DNA of 61,599 nucleotides, the filler included, from Hausera hauseri (Eukaryota): assembly GCA_046269625.1 (NCBI GenBank). It is 11 parts of 11 records of this genome, joined end to end, with 100 filler letters (N's around TTAATTAATTAA, not from the genome) between each part and the next. Parts side by side here need not be neighbours in the genome. Positions count along the whole stretch, not along the records: positions 1 to 9,214 come from JBJURY010429918.1; positions 9,315 to 14,346 come from JBJURY010355599.1; 9 more parts are not named here. The stretch is one strand, 5' to 3'. The notes beneath the pieces are model-generated. The model was not told the origin of the DNA and did not search any database. It was given only the letters and a program-made list of their open reading frames with translations. Below are positions 1-13,935 of the stretch, in pieces; position 1 is the first letter of the stretch; every line of letters starts with the position of its first letter. Position numbers and translations under genes: made by a program.

Positions 1-334
1 ATCTATGTGAATTTGAATAAAAATGAGTATATTTGGATTTCAGTGATCAGAATCTTGGTTATTGGTTCAGTGTTAACTCGTCAGGGACAAAAATTGAACA
101 TAAGCAACGTCAATCGTACGAACTGTACTACATCTAAATATATGTATATTTATATGTATTTATATCTATATGTATACATTTACTATATAATTATATCGAT
201 TGAAATGATTGATGCCAGAAATGAAAAGTTAAAAAAATAAAAAACGATAATTGTTGTTAGTAGTTATTTTTTAAGATTCTACAATTTGCTGCTATGGAAA
301 ATTTTATAAGTATCTCATTAATACGAAACCAACA
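1..334 (+). repeat. ~334-bp direct duplication, copy 1 (copy 2 at 8588-8920)
   Basis: Near-identical from ATC(T/C)ATGTGA to ATACGAAACCAACA in both places. Confidence 0.93.
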
Positions 335-350
335 ATGGTGTCAAATTTAC

Positions 351-1545
351 AGACTCAGCCAGAGTTCAAATAGAGCAGTTCTTGAACAGTTAATGAATGT
401 CCATATGACGATTTTACAGGAATTATCATTTAATTATTCAAAATTCCTGAACGTGCTAGAGATTAAAGATAATATGAATGATTTATTCGATCAAATCAGC
501 GCATTTCAATATCAAAAAGACATCCGACTGAATTTCAACATGACTCTAACGTATTTGGATTTGATTGCCGAATACTGTTCGCTGATGATCATTTCGGAGG
601 GAATGAAGCGGATTAAACCGATTTTAATGCTCTACAATTTTGCATACGTTGCCAAATTTGACATGGAGGATAATTTCTACCGTATCGCTGTGGTCAAATA
701 TTATTATGTTGGATTTCACGACTGTGTCATATTCTCAATTGCTCACATTCTCATATCTATTATGAATTTATTCCTTAGTAAAGATACAAATGAATATGGT
801 TATTGTTCGAATGAATGTCTAAGTATATTTTATGACTATACTAATATGTAGGATCCTGATTTATGTCACAGCCTTGACATCAACCTTCCAACTCGCATAC
901 TGGAATTTTGACTGGACGAATTTTACCCGTATCCTGGATCAACTAGGGTAAACATTAGTAAAATTATTTGTTCATTTTGTCAAATGATGGGCCGTTATGA
1001 TCTTGAAACTACAACGTCTGACATTCAAATAGTAATGGTGATTCCACACAGACCTTTTCTTCAACCGACATATCTAAATGCATCACCTGGCATTCCAGAT
1101 AATGAGATTACCAACATAAATTGTTCACACAGGTATTCCCCACCTATTTGTGAAGCGAGAAATATTTCAGATCATTTACAACGATATATTTTTACGGGAA
1201 CGAGTAAGTTTATCAAACGAGTTGTAGATTTTTATACTGACAGCACAAAAGGCGAAATTAGAAAATTTCTCAAATATTTTTGTTTCATTATTCTTCATTG
1301 CTCTCAGAATTCTCGAAATTCTTCCAAATGAACTTGCACATTCATTTATCAGAAACGTCAAATTGTTCTTAGAATTATTTAGAAACGCTTTAGATGTTGA
1401 TGATAATTTGAGAATTCAGAGATGTGCAGTAATGGATTCACGTGAACAGTTGGAATTGCAACTTTTGTCAAAATTGAATCGTGAGGATTTTCTCCTTGCA
1501 TTAACTATCCTAGACAATATTGGATGGACTAATCGACACATGCCC
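351..1545 (+). pseudogene. NCKAP1: Divergent, fragmented Nck-associated protein 1 (Nap1/Hem, WAVE complex) sequence
   Basis: FLNVLEIKDNMNDLFDQI..DIRLNFNMTLTYLDLIAEYCSLMI..ILMLYNFAY matches the NCKAP1 block [51 protein letters not shown]; later pieces LELFRNAL..LRIQRCAV and LALTILDNIGWTNRH match downstream blocks in order; interrupted by unrelated DNA and frame breaks. Confidence 0.7.
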
Positions 1546-1999
1546 GAAGGAACCTGTCTTATATATTTAAATGTTCATCACAAAGAACCTTCGTTAATAC
1601 GTGGTGATTCAGTTGATGGCCAAATGGACACGAACTCTGAGGAAATTGTGAAACAAAGTCACTGATTCGCTCGTACTCCTAGGACTCACAAATTTACTTT
1701 GAAAACTACCGGCCGCCAAAATCCTGGTTATCCTATCGTTGCTCAACTTGAACATAAACCAAGAAATAAAATTTCAAATATACTTTACACAAAGATTAGT
1801 CGAAAACAGTCTCAAATACATACACACTTAAAAGAATATATTATCATGAAATTATTGTCAAAAAGAATGTCCTTGGAAGAGATCTACCCGCTTTCTCGCC
1901 TTATCGAAATAAATGATATTCATATGTATAAGCACTGCGACAACTTGAAAGTTGACCTGGCTATTTCACAATGTCAAACACCTCTAGAGTCATTTACGA

Positions 2000-3200
2000 T
2001 CTGTATGGACAGTCCCACACGGTGCCGATGGGTGAAACTAACGTACCATGGGGTAAGCTACGATGTTATGTGTCATTTTGTCGGCATCTCTTTTTCTCAT
2101 ATATCTTTTAAGGATAAATTTCCTTTCATGCTATTACCATATTTTTATACCGCTGTGCAGTCGATTTTTGTTACTACATACAATTTCCGGACCGCGATAG
2201 CTACTTCCTTACTAGTATACACGAAGCCAATGAAGCCATTATATTCCCTCATTCCCTTTTCCTCCTGTAATCGTGATGAGACACTTTTCGGATTTTTTGT
2301 CCATGTTAGTACGAAACAGTCCACCGTATTCTTTTATCGTCTTATCCGTGTTGCTATCTACCGATGTCTTACAATCATTGCCAACAATCTTTACCTCGTA
2401 GTATCGTGATAATACGTCCCAGTATTACGCTAATGACCAGCTCCGTCTCTTGTCGCTTCGGAACGGATCTCTGGCACATGTTCCTAGTTTTAGGAGTACT
2501 TTAGTACCCAAGATCGGAATTTACCATTTCATAAAAACATTATCTGCCCTGTAAACACTTCTGAACATATTAGAATATTGGGGTATTATTACAAACGAAA
2601 AACTTTGTACATCTCTTCTCCGTTTATTCTTTCCACTGTTTGCGAACTTCAACCTCCGAAATTTCATTCCTGAGTATCTTGCGGTATCATCTTTTGTTGC
2701 CGGTAAAATTTTACTACTCGTTGAACCGGCGTACCACATTTTTTTCAAGGAGGGCTGCGTCGTTCCACTTACTTTACACCTGTACACATTCCACGAAATA
2801 TTTTACAACTATGGCCTAGTTGTTAGCTTTCCTCGAACATATTTCGTACGTGACGTTGATACTCATAGTTGGCATTTTTCATGACATTGAAAGGTACTCC
2901 AAGTTCAAAACATTCTGTTCCATGCTTATTCACTTTTACCGATGTTAAAGTTTTACTACCACTGAAACTTTCGTTAATGCCCAGGAAATTGTGATACCTT
3001 TAGACATTTCATCATGATATTGTTTCGCTTTTCACTACCTGGGCTGATACGCAATTTTGCACCCGTACACAACTCATTTGGAATAAATTGCTCCTTTTAT
3101 GACATTTCATTTTTAAATAACCGATACATACCTAAATCGATGTTTATATCCCTGACTAAAACCATCCGAGCAAACTCAGTTTCCCCGGGTCTCCAGGTAC
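2000..3200 (-). mobile_element. Possible highly decayed non-LTR retrotransposon remnant
   Basis: Minus-strand VLVRDINIDL (GDxNID-like endonuclease motif) and LPHGTLVSP (PQGSVLSP-like RT motif) in the expected order; weak. Confidence 0.3.
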
Positions 3201-3361
3201 GTCACATAATGACCGACTACCCAACCGTCCGTCCGATGCCAGTGGGTCCCACATTATGGTTCATTCCATCGCCACATCACCCCTAATTTTCCTTTTCAAT
3301 AAGTAACTCGCAAATACTGACACACAAGATAACAATCAATATAGACACATTGCACTTACAC

Positions 3362-6300
3362 ATGTCCAATATTTTACCGCCTTTTCGGATTTTTACTTAA
3401 CTCTTAATAATATACCACTCGTTAATGCCAATGTTCGCAATTTTTTTCTCCTGCAACACCACACCCCGTTATCCATATACATTTGCGCATACGTGGTGGA
3501 ATGGACTATACACCCACCTTTAACACCACTGACAAAAATCCCTCTAAATCATCACATTTTGCTTTTAGACAAAAGTCATCGACCGTCACCACACCATCTA
3601 CTGTCACCACGTATACGCCTTCCGACCCGCCCGCTAAACACACTTCTCAGTGCACGGAGTATTTTATCGATTACGAAAAATCCAGCAAAACCTGGCTTAG
3701 CTTTCACAAACTTTGACTGCAGTCTAACAACATCACTGATCCGCTAACAAAAGCTCATAACCTACTTTGTCTTTTACTGATAACTGTAAAAACTTCCATT
3801 CATGATTTGATAGACATCTTCCAGCAACCAGATCCATAGACCCATCTTTACAATGCCGTTTTAAAGCTTACCGAACCATCTATGGACTCCATAATTCATC
3901 GGTTCTTCAACAACAATGCTATGTGGACTCAAAAACCATCAGATTTCCTTAGAACTTCACTCGTTCAACTTCAGACACTTGGAGTGACTAAACAACATAA
4001 CGCCGATCTTTTGCGACGCTACATTCTGAACGCATTGCCAATACAAATTAGGGCCTTACTTACTGTCGTCGAAGAATCGACGACGATTGATAAATTGGCC
4101 GAACTGGCAGACAAAACATACGAGGTTTTGAATGTACACATCCAGCCAGTCATCTGTGCAGCCGTAACTACCAAAAACGCTACATTCGAACAGCAGTTAA
4201 ATCAATTACGAGCCGAAAATGCGGCCCTACAAACAACAATTAGTAATATTAGTAAACTGAACGAGATTCTATTGACTCTACGGGGGGTTTCATACGTGAC
4301 CGTAACCGTTCAATATCTCGTGGTCGTTCACGCTCAACTGGACGATCACTAATTTGCTATTACCACAATAGGTTTGATAATAATGCACAAAAATGCCATC
4401 TATGGTGCAAATTTTATAATCAAAAATATTATACAGGTAACGTCATTTGTATATATCATGCAAAATTCCGATATAGTGCACGCAGATGCATTCCTGGTTG
4501 CACTTTTAAGAACAAATCTCATCATGCAAATGACAAACACATAAACCTCCCTTCTAACAACCCCCTGTTTCTCCTTTTTTAAAAAACTAATTTCGCCGCC
4601 AGTATTTATGGCAGAGTCTGGCAAAGGCAATTTCTCTAATACTACCTGCCGACACTCTTCTTTTGCAGTGTTCACACTAAAGGTTTCGATAACCATACCA
4701 ACAACTCAATCCATAGACTTCCATATCGACACAGGCGCTGCGGTCTCTTTGCTACCGCTCACTTTCCCTGTACAAAATTCACCATTCAAAGTTAAATCGT
4801 TATTTACGGCTTAAGGACAACCGCTTGACATTTCAGGTACATCTAAATTGTCGGTCACCTTACCAAACTTTCAGTCCACGTTTCATTGGACGTTTACCGT
4901 CGCCAACGTCCGCACAACAATCCTAGATTCGGATTTTTTATCGCACTACAATCTTTTAGTTGACTGCAGACAACAATGTTTGAAACGTAACACTACAGGA
5001 TATCTTATCGAGCAAATAAATAGTATATCCGCTACGACGCATACAATCTTCCCGAGGAAGCGCATACTCAAAAGCCCTGTAAGTAATCCAAAATCAAACT
5101 TCAACAAGCATTCTTCATTGCGTAAATTTTTTAATGATAATGTCTATATTCAGTCGAGATTTGGTTTTGACAACTACGATTGTGTTGGTTCAGTACATTC
5201 ACTAGACAAAATTACTTCTTCTAACACTATTTTTAATACTACTATCCTACACCAAATTCCCCTTGATTCCATTAACTTGCAAACGTCACTCGTCACTGCA
5301 CATATTAATCAAACACAATCAGCATCACCCAATCTCTCGCAATTGCCTGCAAGTCTATGGCAGAAGGACAGAAAGTTCACACCTACAAACAGCACTTTTC
5401 ATTACATCATAACACAACACCAAAGACCTATTTGTCAAAAGGTACATCCTTTGTCACCTCGTCGTAGACAAGCGGTCGAAGCAAATTTCTAGATTTTGAA
5501 CGCTCCGGAATTGTACGTAGGTATAAATCGCCGTTGTCCTCGCCTTCATACGTCGTTCAAAAAAATATGGATCCTTCCGACCATGCGGTGATTACCGTCA
5601 GTTAAACACTTTAACTGCTATGGATGCATATCCTTTACCACTAATTAAGGATATCCTGCAACGGCTCAATTGCACTACAGTATATTCAACCATAGACTTA
5701 GCCAAAGCATATCATTAAATTCCTGTAGCACCCGAGGACATCGAGGAAACTGCTGTTGCGACATCTTTCGGCCTGTACGAATACATTTATATGCCTTTTG
5801 GTTTACGCAACGCTGCGCAGACTTTCTAACGTCACATCGATTCCATTCTCTTGGATTTCACTTTTGCGCATTCATATATCGACGATATCTTGATTGCTTT
5901 GTCGTCAATCAAACTGCATGAGTAACACCTTCGTTCTATTTTCGAACGACTTAACCAGCTTAATTTACAAATTAGTTTTACCAAATGTCACTTCATCCAA
6001 AAACGTATTAACTTTCTTGGCCACATCATTTCAACAAATGGTCATTCTCCCCAGCCAGAACGTGTTGAAGCTCTCAAAAGCATACAACTACTTAGAACCA
6101 CCACAGAAATGAGGAGTTTCATGTGGACTTTACATTTCGTTCATAAATGTGTTCCATATTGTTCGGAACTCACGGCACCTTTCACACATTTGAGCAGTGG
6201 AAAAAACATCAATCTATCCAATGGACACCCGGTTTGCTTGATAAGTTTGACAAACTGCGAGTGGGTCTCAAAACCGTAGAAATCGTCGCATTTCCTAAGC

Positions 6301-8413
6301 CGGACGCTAAACTTATTCTCATCACAGACGCCTCAACCACGGCAGTAGGTGCTGTGTTACATAAGTTATACAAAGGCGAAAACCAACCACTCGAATTTTT
6401 TTCTAGAAAATTAACACCATCAGAAACTAAGTATTATACATTCGATCGAGAACTACTGGCGATAATTTTGGCCTTAAAACATTTCTCTCACTTACGCACA
6501 GCTCGTAGTTTTGTTATCGCAAACCTTTAGTCAATATTATGTCTATGAAACACTCGTGTACACGTCAAGAGCGACAAATATCGTATCTATCAACATTTAG
6601 TTTCCATATCAAATATATCAACGGCGTTAATAATTTAGTCGCCGATTTCTTATCCAGGACGGTTAGTTGGATTAATTTTTCACCAATCTTCTCTCAAGTA
6701 CAACTACAACAAAACCAGCCACCTCAGGATATGCTTAATTCTTTTAAGTCTTACACAATTGTTGACGGCTTGGCTTTAGACACTTCCAAACCAGATCATT
6801 CCATAATAATTCTGGCACCACCTTTAGAACGGCAAGCGTTTAACAGTGTACATTCACTGCACCATCCTAGTGCTAAGGCAACTTTTCGCTTACTCCACCG
6901 GCAAGTAATATGGCCGACTATGCGTTCTGATGTGCAAGCGTGGTTATGGAATGCGTGGCCTGCCAAAAATTTAAAATCACCAAACATTTGAAGCCACCAC
7001 TATATATTATTTCCCTTGCACATCACGCTTCGAGTCTGTTCATGTTGATCTCGTTAGCCCTCTCCCTCCTAACAACGGTCATCAGTTCATGTTGACCATG
7101 GTGGATCGTTCCTCACGTTGTCCAGAAGCTGTCCATCTACGGAGCACTAACACGGACACAATAGCGGATGTTTTCATACGCACTTGGGTCAGTAAATTTA
7201 GATCCGCTAGATTTATTACTACAGACCAATGTACTCAGTTTGAATCCAATTTCTTTAAATCTCTCGTTAACCGATTAGGAATTAGCCATATTCACACATT
7301 ACTGTATCACCCCCAATCTAGCGGCCTTCTAGAAAAATTCCACAGAACACAAAAAACGTTACTGAGAATCTTAGCAGAATCCAATAGCAGTTCGAATACT
7401 CTTTTTCCGTTAGTTCTTCTTGGTTGGCATAACACGCCTTCTACTTCTACTGGTTGTTCACCTACGGAAACTCTCTTCGCAATACCTGTATGTTCATTAT
7501 TTGAGTTAACTGCCTTGGAAGACACACCTACGGACGAAGCTATTCGAACGGCACAGGACCATTTTGTCTCAGTCAGTAAAGATTCATTCTGTAGGATAAT
7601 AAATAACAATAAAACGTACCTACAAGAGGATTTATACTCGACAAAGTTCGTCTGGCTAAGGAACCAGACGCCGTGCAATTTTTAACCACGGTATTTGGGG
7701 CCCTACAAATTCGTTCTATTGCATTCCCACAATGCTATTATTTCTAAAGACGGTAATGAACTAGCGGTACATATCAACAACATAAAGCCTGCTTTTTTCG
7801 TAGATTAGAACCCCTAAATTGAATCTTCTACCCCCTTTCTGACTCCTGCACCTTTTCCTCCATCAGTTCCTCCACCACCTGCACCACTTTCCATGATGAC
7901 CCCTATTTCTACTTCTCTACCAGAACCTCCTCCAAGCTCCAATTCTACTACCCTAAAAACTTTTACTTCCTCTTCTCCTACTTCGTGTTTTCCACCTCCT
8001 TCACCGTCTTTGTACCACACAACACCTAACAATACCAAATCCGACTTTGTTGTATCTCAATCATCTCAACAAGCAGGTTCAAAAACATTGAAAATTTATA
8101 AATCAGTCACACTTAGTACCTACAGTAAGGAGATTAATACTGCAGGAGTACAACGTCTTACCCACAAAAAGACCACTTAGACTGCCTGCACCGTTTCTAC
8201 CCATTTTCTTCTTTCTTACCTCGCTAGTCTTTTCTTTGCCACGGGCGAGGGGTAATGTCGTGCCCAACAGGACTTTGTAAATACACCGTTATTGTTTTCT
8301 TTTTTGTTATTTGTTTTGTAATTGCCGACAAATTGATACACTTTTGTAGTCTTATATCATCGTGACAGAATACAGATACGTTTAGCCGCAACTGTCAAAT
8401 CCAGACAACGACA
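3362..8413 (+). mobile_element. Decayed Ty3/Gypsy LTR retrotransposon (gag-PR-RT-RH-IN, 3' LTR)
   Basis: Protease HIDTGAAVSLLP, RT YMPFGLRNAAQTF and YIDDIL, RNase H LITDASTTAVGAVL and DRELLAI, integrase HVDLVSPLP, YHPQSSGLLEKFHR, PRYLGPY; many stops and frameshifts; no matching 5' LTR seen. Confidence 0.93.
8256..8413 (+). repeat. Putative 3' LTR (~158 bp)
   Basis: Follows purine tract GGGCGAGGGGTAA; bounded by TGTCGT...ACGACA. Confidence 0.65.
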
Positions 8414-8587
8414 ACCCATAAACATCACTATCAATATTTCAACAAAATTTTTATCGAATGTTTTCGTGTTGTTCTGCTAAAATAAGATTATTCATCGAAT
8501 ATCTAGCCTATAGCCTCAAACTAATACCTCACGACTGGCTACCATTTTCCTCAACAAAATATCGCGGCTACATTATAGAAGTTTTGA

Positions 8588-8920
8588 ATCCATGTGAGTT
8601 TGAATAAAAATGAGTATATCTGGATTTTAGTGATCAGAAACTTGGTTATTGGTTCAGTGTTAACTCGTCAAAGACAACAATTGAACATAAGCAACGTCAA
8701 TCGTACGAACTGTACTACATCTAAATGTGTATATTTATATGTATTTATATCTATATGTATATATGTATTATATAATTATATCGATTGAAATGATTGATGC
8801 CAGAAATGAAAAGTTAAAAAAAATAAAAAACGATAATTGTTGTTAGTAGTTATTTTTTAAGATTCTGCAATTTGCTGATATGGAAAATGTTATAAGTATC
8901 TCATAAATACGAAACCAACA
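8588..8920 (+). repeat. ~333-bp direct duplication, copy 2
   Basis: Aligns with 1-334. Confidence 0.93.
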
Positions 8921-9214
8921 GTACTTAAACTATCATTCCTATGCATCTTGATTGTTATATTGACATCGGGTATAAGATATTTTGGCTGCTCAAAAAGTCC
9001 AAGTTTAATGGTCCACAAAATGTCATTGGAGCGGATTTCTGAAACCATTTAGTTCTCTCTGTTGCATCACTATATTCCATAGATTTGAGAAATGTTTTTT
9101 TGTATCTGTCTTCAAATCCAATACAGTCTCAATGAGGGCCTTTTGAAAGTAACTATCATTTGTATCTTCAACCTTTGTATTATTGAGAAATAAAGTCACA
9201 TCTTTAAATAGGCA
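8921..9214 (-). pseudogene. Polinton/Maverick major capsid protein fragment, frameshifted
   Basis: Manual translation CLFKDVTLFLNNTKVEDTNDSYFQKALIETVL..TFCGPLNLDFL..LIPDVNITIKMHRN fits the Polinton MCP pattern LFxxVxVxLN..Y..AxIExLL..GxLxxD..LxxxVxxxIKL; absent from the ORF track. Confidence 0.7.
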
Positions 9215-9314
9215 NNNNNNNNNNNNNNNNNNNNNNNNNNNNNNNNNNNNNNNNNNNNTTAATTAATTAANNNNNNNNNNNNNNNNNNNNNNNNNNNNNN
9301 NNNNNNNNNNNNNN
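9215..9314. other. Artificial contig linker (first of ten; others at 14347, 21476, 27795, 34360, 38816, 43919, 48816, 53092, 57402, each 100 bp)
   Basis: Identical N-TTAATTAATTAA-N blocks (stops in all six frames); sequence character changes across each. Confidence 0.98.
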
Positions 9315-10245
9315 TTGCAGCTAAATTACCAAAAGTAGATAAAACTGTAAATCACACTGTAATGGGTTGTACCAACAGTATTTTTCTTGATGGAACTGAC
9401 AAAGAAGAAATAATGAATATTGTAAAAAATTTAGCAAACAAAAGATCAAAAGACTACACTGTAAAAAATGTCCGTGAATTTAACAGTAAATGTCTGTAAA
9501 ATGGTGACAGAAATATTTTGTAAATTGAAATACAGGAAGACAATGTTTAGGTAACAGTGGTGTGGTGTAAAATTTAAAACAAATTATTAATGTTATTTTT
9601 ACAATAGCAATATGTTAAAAAGACAACATTTTGTGTTCAAAATTACTAATTGCTGTATTTAAAACAAAGATAAATTGTGATTCTGAAAACAAAATATAAC
9701 AAGTTACATTTACAGCATTATAGTGTTAAATTGATCTTTTTTTCAGGTATTTTTACATTCAAATTTTTAACAATTCCAAGTTACTCATATCAACAATATT
9801 TACGAAATGCATAAGTATCCAAAATATGACATAGTTAAATTATCTATTACATTCAAACAGCCCAAAATGTTATTTTACAAAAACATGCAATGATGGGATA
9901 AACGGCTCTTTGAAGGGATCCTGATCTTGACAAGCTTTTTATTTCATAGGGCCATTCAAAAGAGCCAAACACCTTTTCATGAGTTATTAATTTCATAGGG
10001 AATATGGCATATGTTATTATGTCATCACGTTACATGGACAAAACAGTGTTTTGTCAAGTGAAGACCTGGTCTCTGTGGTTAAGGAGAAAAAAATAAAGAC
10101 ATTACAAGGAGAAAAACAAATGAATGAACAAACTATGAATGTCTTTTTACTTCCCACAACTCTGTTCATATTGTTCAAGGTAAGGAGTTGTTAAAAAGGT
10201 CTGCATCATTTGCAAATACCACATCTGCATTCGTTATAAGTAGTA

Positions 10246-11489
10246 CCGTATTTTCCGGCATATAAGTCGCAGTTTTTTCCTAATTTGCATGTCCTGCGAC
10301 TTATACTGCGAAGCGACATATTTATGGATTTTTCCCCATATTTTTAGACCAATTTTTGGCTGAGATATGACCGTTTCCATTCATTCTGACTGAAAAAATG
10401 GAGCAGTACCACTTTCGGCCGCTAGGGGCGCTAAAGGGCCCTCTAGGCTTTTGACGACTACCAGTGTACTTGTATGTGTATGGATATTTTATAGCAAAAA
10501 AAGTCCCGCTGGATGGACAGCGTGTGCACGCACATCATGCTGCAATTTAAAGATAAAATTAAAGTGTTTAACTCCATTCCTGCCATCATCCTGGGAGGCT
10601 TGACAAAAGTGCTTCAGCCTCTGGACATTTCTGTGAACCGGAGCTTCAAAGCCGCTCTGCGCCGCCTTTAGGAGGAATGGATGGTGGACGGAGAGCACAG
10701 CTTCACAGCTACAGGACGGATGCACCACGTGACGTTCCAGCAGGTCCTCGGATGGATCGATAACGTGTGGACCTCAGTCACTAAAGAATCCATCCAGTCG
10801 GGGTTCAGGAAGGCCAGGATGTTTGCTGGACGTGGAGGAGGAAGAGGAGGCAGCGCTCTGAGCGCTGCATCAACTACCGATACCTCAGGAGTTGGCAGAA
10901 CTCTTCACCAGTGACACAGAGGAGGAAGAATTCAACGGGTTTGAATAAAAAAATAAATAAATAGGTGTTTCTGTCATCATTATGGGCGGGTGAGCGTGTA
11001 GTAATGTTAAAGCCGCTTTATTTCGTCAGCTTCATTTTTCCATGTTTTAACCGTCAAAGTGTATTTATTAAGAAAAGTTCAGCTGAGACACACCTTTGCT
11101 ATAATGTCAGCAAACAAATATATATTTTTAGGTGTTTATCTTGTTAAATTTTAAAGAGATGCAGCTTTTCCGCTCGCTGTGCGTCCACGCTTCACAGAAC
11201 TGAGTCGGCGACAGTACCGTTTTTTTTCTTTTAATTCAGCTGATTTGACCATTACGTTCATTTATTAAGGAAAAGTTCAGTTCAGACACACCTTTGCTAT
11301 AATTTTCAGCAAACAAATAAATGTTTTTAAGTGTTAATCTTGTTAAAGTCCTTCCGTGCATGCTCCTGTGGCCATTCGGCAGCCAATCCATTTTTGGCAA
11401 AACACTGGCCCACATTTCCAGGTTGTCAGCGGTGACGCGTAATAGATGCGACTTTTACGGCAGTGCGACGTGTTCGGCGGAAAATACGG
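10246..11489 (+). mobile_element. Internally deleted pogo/Tigger-type DNA transposon
   Basis: TIRs CCGTATTTTCCG / CGGAAAATACGG flanked by TA; remnant GGLTKVLQPLDISVNRSFK..WMVDGEHSFTATGR..SGFRKA is POGK-like DDE. Confidence 0.88.
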
Positions 11490-12849
11490 TATATGTGTAG
11501 CAATAAGATGGGATGTGAGATGGACGAAGAAGGGTGAGACTTTCTCCATCCCCTTCACTACATATGTTTTGTTTATTTAGCTCTCGTTCAAGTGGGGCAC
11601 CAGCTGATCAGTTTACTGACCAACTACAACTTAATTAATATATTCACCCTTTAATGATCAGAATCAGTCACTGAAGTAGAATCTGTTAATTACAGGGAGT
11701 TTTATACCATAACACATGAATATTCATCTGAATGAAGAGACCAAAGTTGTCTTTGAAGTTTTATTACAAAAATAGTCAATCTAAAATCAACAACAATAAT
11801 AAACAAACAGTAGCAATGAATCAATCAAGGCTTAATTCTCTTATCTAAGGCAAAATTGACTCTGAGCAGGAATTATTTCAGTTTTATATGTGCATGAATT
11901 TAGACAAAGTTTGACTATTTTAATAAATAGTTTACTTTGGATTTGGTTTAAAGAAGTTATTTAATCTGATCAGATAAAGTCATTTATTGTCTCTGCAAGC
12001 CAGAAAATGATTTACCAAGTTAAGTTGCATCAGATTAAAATAGCATAACCAGACCAAGGCATCGTGTCACCAGGTTTCTGCTCTTTACCAGGTCAGCGTT
12101 GAAGGCACCAGGTCACTCGTCTTTCTGGGGTTCTCTGGTGGATCAGACCAGGGACACCATGAGGAGGACTTGTCGGGAACTGCCCAAGGTAGCTGACCGT
12201 CACTGTGACAGCTTCAGGGGTCTGAGGGCAACCGCTGATGAGAAGGTGCACTGTCCATCGGCATCTTCTGCACGTTTGTACTTCAAGCCAAGAACGTGAG
12301 TCTTGCAGTGAGAAAGGGCTTCATTTTCTGCAGTTATTTACTTCTAACATTTGTAATTGAGCGACATTTTTATCTGCTCAGGAGTTGAAGGAGTGGACCT
12401 TGGTACGACCTCTCGGATTTGGTCCACAGATGAACCATCTTCGGGTTCGGGGCCAGAGACGATCTGCTCCTCTCGGGGTCCAAGGCAAACTGCATTTTAC
12501 ACAAAGAGACTTTGTACAAAACAACAGCTCTGAGAAGATTGTTTTGACTACCCTCAGGAACATTGTGATATACCCTTCTGAAGGAAACAGCTTCCAGCTC
12601 AAAGACATTTTCACAGATGTCTCTGAAGGAATAATCACTTTCTGAAAAACAGAACAGAGAAATGCATGATACTGATGCATGCTCAATAATCCAGGTAGAA
12701 AGAGCCGTTGATGACTAAAGAGCCACATGTGGCCCCTGAGCCACAGGTTGCAGACCCCTGCCATGCTGGATGGACATTGGGCCGTCTGTCTTAACGCTTG
12801 TCTTCTTGTGTGGATGTGCTTTGGGACGTCCGACTTTAATTTTTGTGTT

Positions 12850-13325
12850 TACTGTTCGTTCAAGGATGAAGATGTTCACATCCTTGATACAGAGGAACAA
12901 AGCTTTGAGAGAGGAGTAAAGGAGGCCATCTTTGTGAAAAGAAACCGCCCGTCATTAAACAGAGGTGGAGGCCTCCGTGCTCAACTGTCCCCCTCTTTAA
13001 ATGCTGTTATTGCCAGTGTCACTCAGCCCCTTGTGAATAGCAAGCAACCATCAGGGTGCTAACGATCCATTGTTAGGCCGATGGTCCTCCTTAATCATGT
13101 GAGCAGCTGGTTTTGTCTGTCAGCAGCAAACTGGTTGATCCACTATGAGAAGGTGCTTTTTATAAGACTGAGCTGAATACAGCTCCTCAGACTGAAGAAG
13201 TCTTTTGGATGAAAGATGAATCGTTTCTACATTTTTTTTGTTTTGTTTTGTTTTTTGAATGTCCAGAGGACCAGATTTAACCTTTTTAGATTTTTCTACC
13301 TGGACTATTGAGCATGCATCGGGGT
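12850..13325 (+). mobile_element. Penelope-like element 3' fragment (GIY-YIG C-terminus plus pLTR)
   Basis: SFKDEDVHILDTEEQSFERGVKEAIFVKRNRPSLNRGGG is typical of fish Penelope elements; followed by a hammerhead-like motif. Confidence 0.8.
13187..13228 (+). ncRNA. Degenerate Penelope hammerhead ribozyme motif
   Basis: CTGAAGA-A-GTCTTT-TGGATG-AAAGAT-GAATC: core and stem II present, GAAAC mutated to GAATC. Confidence 0.55.
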
Positions 13326-13343
13326 AACTTGAGCTAATGTTTT

Positions 13344-13660
13344 TCAGGTAATGCCAGAAACAGAAACAGGAGAAATCTCTCGAGTGGGGGGAGAATATTT
13401 CTTAACCAAGTCTAAACTTATGAGGCTCTGTTCAGCCCCAAATTCCACTAAAACCAACACAGAAAGATGGATATTATTAACACAGAGCGTGGCAGAAAGG
13501 GTTAGTCTATTCTCAGGAGAAACATTAGAAGCGCCCACCAGTATCCTGATTTACTGGTGGGAAGGGCCTTTTAAACGGATTGGACAGTTAGCGATGTAGT
13601 GACCCTTCTTACCACAATAGATCCATTCTTTAGCGGTGAAACCACATTGTCTTTCTTCTG
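13344..13660 (-). mobile_element. Gypsy gag-knuckle/protease remnant
   Basis: IYCGKKGHYIANCP knuckle remnant followed by VLVEFGAEQSLIS (decayed DSGA). Confidence 0.55.
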
Positions 13661-13669
13661 GGGAAAGTC

Positions 13670-13935
13670 ATCCAGCCATCATCTGTACACGCTTAATCCT
13701 TTCAGGGTCACGTGGGTCACTGGTGGCCATATCCAGCAGTCACAGTGCGAGGGGCAGGGTACACACTGAACAGTCATGTTTTTGGTCTGTAGGAGGAAGC
13801 CGGAGTACCTGGTGAGAATCCACGCATGCACAGAGAGAAGATGCAAACTCTACCCAGAAATGTAACCCAGGCCGGGATTTGACCTGGCGACCTTCTTGCA
13901 GAGAGGCATAAGCTCTGAGCCACAGCGCTGCCCAA
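13670..13935 (-). mobile_element. Fish-type tRNA-derived SINE (V-SINE-like)
   Basis: Minus-strand B-box GGTCAAATCC, central GAGTTTGCAT..TTCTC..GGTACTCCGGCTTCCTCC domain, GATG-type tail. Confidence 0.7.

Noticed and set aside
9259-9270. Recurring TTAATTAATTAA as a biological motif
   Set aside because: Always centred in 100-bp N blocks; artificial linker.
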